A stretch of 64,000 bases of DNA from an uncultured Gemmatimonadales bacterium (lineage in GTDB: Bacteria; Gemmatimonadota; Gemmatimonadetes; Gemmatimonadales; GWC2-71-9), in contig CAWHFW010000005.1 in the NCBI GenBank assembly GCA_963828735.1, forward strand, positions 1,632,001 through 1,696,000, given 5' to 3'. Both the position numbers and the translations under genes were made by a program. The notes under the pieces were generated by a model that had not been told where the DNA came from, did not search any database, and saw only the letters and a list, made by a program, of their open reading frames with translations. The stretch's first letter is position 1; each line of letters starts with the position of its first letter. Positions 61,603-64,000 of this stretch are shown in pieces.

Positions 61603-61972
61603 GCTGAGTCAAGTTTTTAGACGCCGGCTGCCGAAATCGGCACAGCGGCGCAGTTGGAAGGGTGAACAGCGGGAGTGCTGCCTCGGTGCGGCGCTTCCGC
61701 TGTCGCCTGTCCCCCCACCCCCACCATCTCGTCACAGAGGTGCTCCGGCCAAAAGGGCCCTAATCAAGGCATTGACGGTGAGCGGGCACTGGCCCAACAC
61801 CTGCATTTAGACGGCGCGCCTTTCCAATCCATCACGACGACATAGAGCCGAAGTCCGGCTCCCATCGACCATAGCATTGACCAACTCCTGGTCGCCGTTC
61901 GCGGCGAGGACTTGGTATCGTTCGCGCCCCCGGTCCCGGAGGGCGTGTGTCCGTTCCTCTGTGGAGGCTCCG

Positions 61973-64000
61973 ATGCGCGGCGTCATGGCGGTCGTCCGTG
62001 TTCTTGTCGTCCTTCTGGTCATCGGGTTCATCGCGAACTGTGCTGACGGCCCGACGGCACCGGAGCGGAGCGTCGCAAACCAGCCATCGGTCGCCCTGGC
62101 GACGGCCGGGGATGGCAACGGACTCTCGATCACGACGGACAAGGATGACTACGCGCCGGGGGACACAGTGTGGTTCACGGGGGCGGGGTGGACACCGGGC
62201 GATACCCTGGACATTCTGCTCACCGATTCGGTCGATGTTCACAACTGGTGGGTGGGCATCGACGAGGGCGGCGGGTTTCGCGATTCCACGTACGTCGTAG
62301 ATGTCAATGACATCGGTGTCACGTTCACGCTAACTGCGACCAACCGTCGCAATCCCAACCAAACACTGACGGTGATCTTTACTGATGGTAATCCTCAGGT
62401 TAACACCATTACGCTAAGTCCTACGAGGCCTAATCCGGGCATCAGTCCATTTACCGCATCCTTTACAGTTACAACCGTCGGGACTGGGCCTGGCGGTTCG
62501 AACATTACAACCTGGGCGGCGACAGGCTGGCGCATCTATCCCCGTCCTGGTTCGGCCTCAGGCACATTTACGTGTGTCGACAAGGTTCCGGATCAAACAA
62601 CCGAAACCACCTCCGCGCCCCAGGTCATCACCTTGACGACCCCAGCAGTGGCCGGCGACTACACGCTCGACGTGCAAACATACGACAACAACACCTGCGC
62701 AGGAAATCCCGTCGGCAACGGTGCTAAGAAGGACTTCACGGTCGGGATCTCCGATTTGACCATCACAAAGAGTCACTCCGGTAACTTCACAGCAGGCAGC
62801 ACTGGCACCTATACGATCATCGTGACGAACTCCGGCACTGGTATTACCGATGCCCCCGTCACCGTCACGGACGTTCTCCCGAGTGGCTTCTCCTACAACG
62901 CTGCGAGCGGTAACAACTGGGTGTGCACCCAAACACCGGCCGGTACCGCAAGTTGCACGCGCGGCGGGGGTAACAACGCGATTGCCGCTGGCGCCTCGGC
63001 TGATGCCATCACCCTCACAGTGAACGTTGCTTCGAACGCCGCGGCTTCGATCAACAACGTTGCCACAGTGGCTATCGGCAATGGAGGGAACGAGTCCAAC
63101 ACCGGCAACAACTCAGCGAGCGACCCGACCACAGTCGTGCCGGCCGTCACGCCGGCCTCGAAACTCGCTTTCACCAGTAGCGCGCTCAGCGTTGTTGTCG
63201 GTGAGTGCTCTCCCAAGGTAACGGTGCAGACTCAGACGGGCCCTGGCGCGGCGACGAACCCGAGCACGAACGTCACTGTCAATCTGACGAGCTCGTCAAC
63301 CGGCGGCACGTTCTTCGGCGACGCAGCGTGCTCCAGTTCGATTACCAACCGGCTGATCCAGACCACAGGCAACACGGCGGACTTTTACTACAAGGACAGC
63401 AAGGCCGGTACGCCAAAGTTGACCGCGACCGACGCCGCCGCGAACTTGACCGCGGCCGAGCAGACGGAGACGGTGGGCCAGGCTGCGACTACAACTTCGA
63501 TCAGCTCCGTATCGCCGAGCCCGGCGACCTTTGGCCAGCAAGTCACGGTCAACTATGCGGTTTCGGTGACTTTGCCCGGCAGCGGCACCCCGACGGGCAG
63601 CGTGGAGGTCAAGAACGGAAGTGATGTGTTGTGCTCGGCTTTGGTCGCCGCCGGCAGTTGTAGCTTCTATCCGACTGGGGCGGGCGCGCTCAGCCTGACG
63701 GCAAGCTACCAGGGCGACGCCAACTACTCGTCGAGCACTTCGTCGCCAGCCACATCGCTCACCGTCGACCCGGCGCCGACGACCACGACCATCGGCACCG
63801 TGTCGCCGAGCCCGGCGACCTTCGGCCAGCAAGTGACCGTCAACTTCAGCGTAGTTCCCAAGCACAGCGGTACCTACGGCTCGGTCATGCCCACTGGCAC
63901 GGTGCAGGTGAAGAACGGCAGCGTCGTGCTCTGCTCCGGGACGGTGGCATCCGGAAGCTGCGCATTCTATCCGGGCGGTGCGGGTACGCTGAGCCTGACG
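61973..64000 (+). CDS. Large surface lipoprotein with DUF11 and Ig-like (Big_3-like) repeats, 3'-partial (absent from the ORF track)
   Basis: GGAGG RBS and ATG 61973; signal ending FIANC; TDKDDYAPGD; SDLTITKSHSGNFTAG; two SPSPATFGQQVTVN repeats; the checked motifs share one frame and it runs off the window end. Confidence 0.85.
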   Translation, partial: MRGVMAVVRVLVVLLVIGFIANCADGPTAPERSVANQPSVALATAGDGNGLSITTDKDDYAPGDTVWFTGAGWTPGDTLDILLTDSVDVHNWWVGIDEGGGFRDSTYVVDVNDIGVTFTLTATNRRNPNQTLTVIFTDGNPQVNTITLSPTRPNPGISPFTASFTVTTVGTGPGGSNITTWAATGWRIYPRPGSASGTFTCVDKVPDQTTETTSAPQVITLTTPAVAGDYTLDVQTYDNNTCAGNPVGNGAKKDFTVGISDLTITKSHSGNFTAGSTGTYTIIVTNSGTGITDAPVTVTDVLPSGFSYNAASGNNWVCTQTPAGTASCTRGGGNNAIAAGASADAITLTVNVASNAAASINNVATVAIGNGGNESNTGNNSASDPTTVVPAVTPASKLAFTSSALSVVVGECSPKVTVQTQTGPGAATNPSTNVTVNLTSSSTGGTFFGDAACSSSITNRLIQTTGNTADFYYKDSKAGTPKLTATDAAANLTAAEQTETVGQAATTTSISSVSPSPATFGQQVTVNYAVSVTLPGSGTPTGSVEVKNGSDVLCSALVAAGSCSFYPTGAGALSLTASYQGDANYSSSTSSPATSLTVDPAPTTTTIGTVSPSPATFGQQVTVNFSVVPKHSGTYGSVMPTGTVQVKNGSVVLCSGTVASGSCAFYPGGAGTLSLT

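Overview
High-GC bacterial chromosomal window. The gene repertoire (several eukaryote-like Ser/Thr kinases, a CHAT-TPR protein, a TonB-dependent receptor with a carboxypeptidase-regulatory-like domain, DUF5916, peptidases) suggests Gemmatimonadota; this is inference only. Positions 1-6.4 kb hold an RND efflux operon and a redoxin pair. An intact tRNA-Phe(GAA) at 6442-6514 is followed by five further copies of its 3' 42 nt (8218, 10604, 18933, 21811, 25656). These split about 19 kb into five cargo segments with no recognisable integrase. The copies tend to diverge more with distance from the tRNA, and several junctions share 11-12-bp-period arm-like repeats and a GGCCACC/GGTGGCC hairpin, so the region reads as a polar, tRNA-anchored cassette array. 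The rest is mostly core-like genes. Notable exceptions are a three-gene module at 40.7-42.7 kb (putative ssDNA-annealing protein, ECF-like sigma factor, and a coupled LexA/UmuD-type S24 autoprotease with no evident HTH), a Cys/Met-rich leader peptide plus hairpin upstream of a sulfurtransferase, an orphan ChrB regulator divergent from an AhpD-like gene, and a DAC-like protein next to a CHAT protease. Several single-base frameshifts could be sequencing errors or real decay. All calls come from motif reading by eye; no searches were run.
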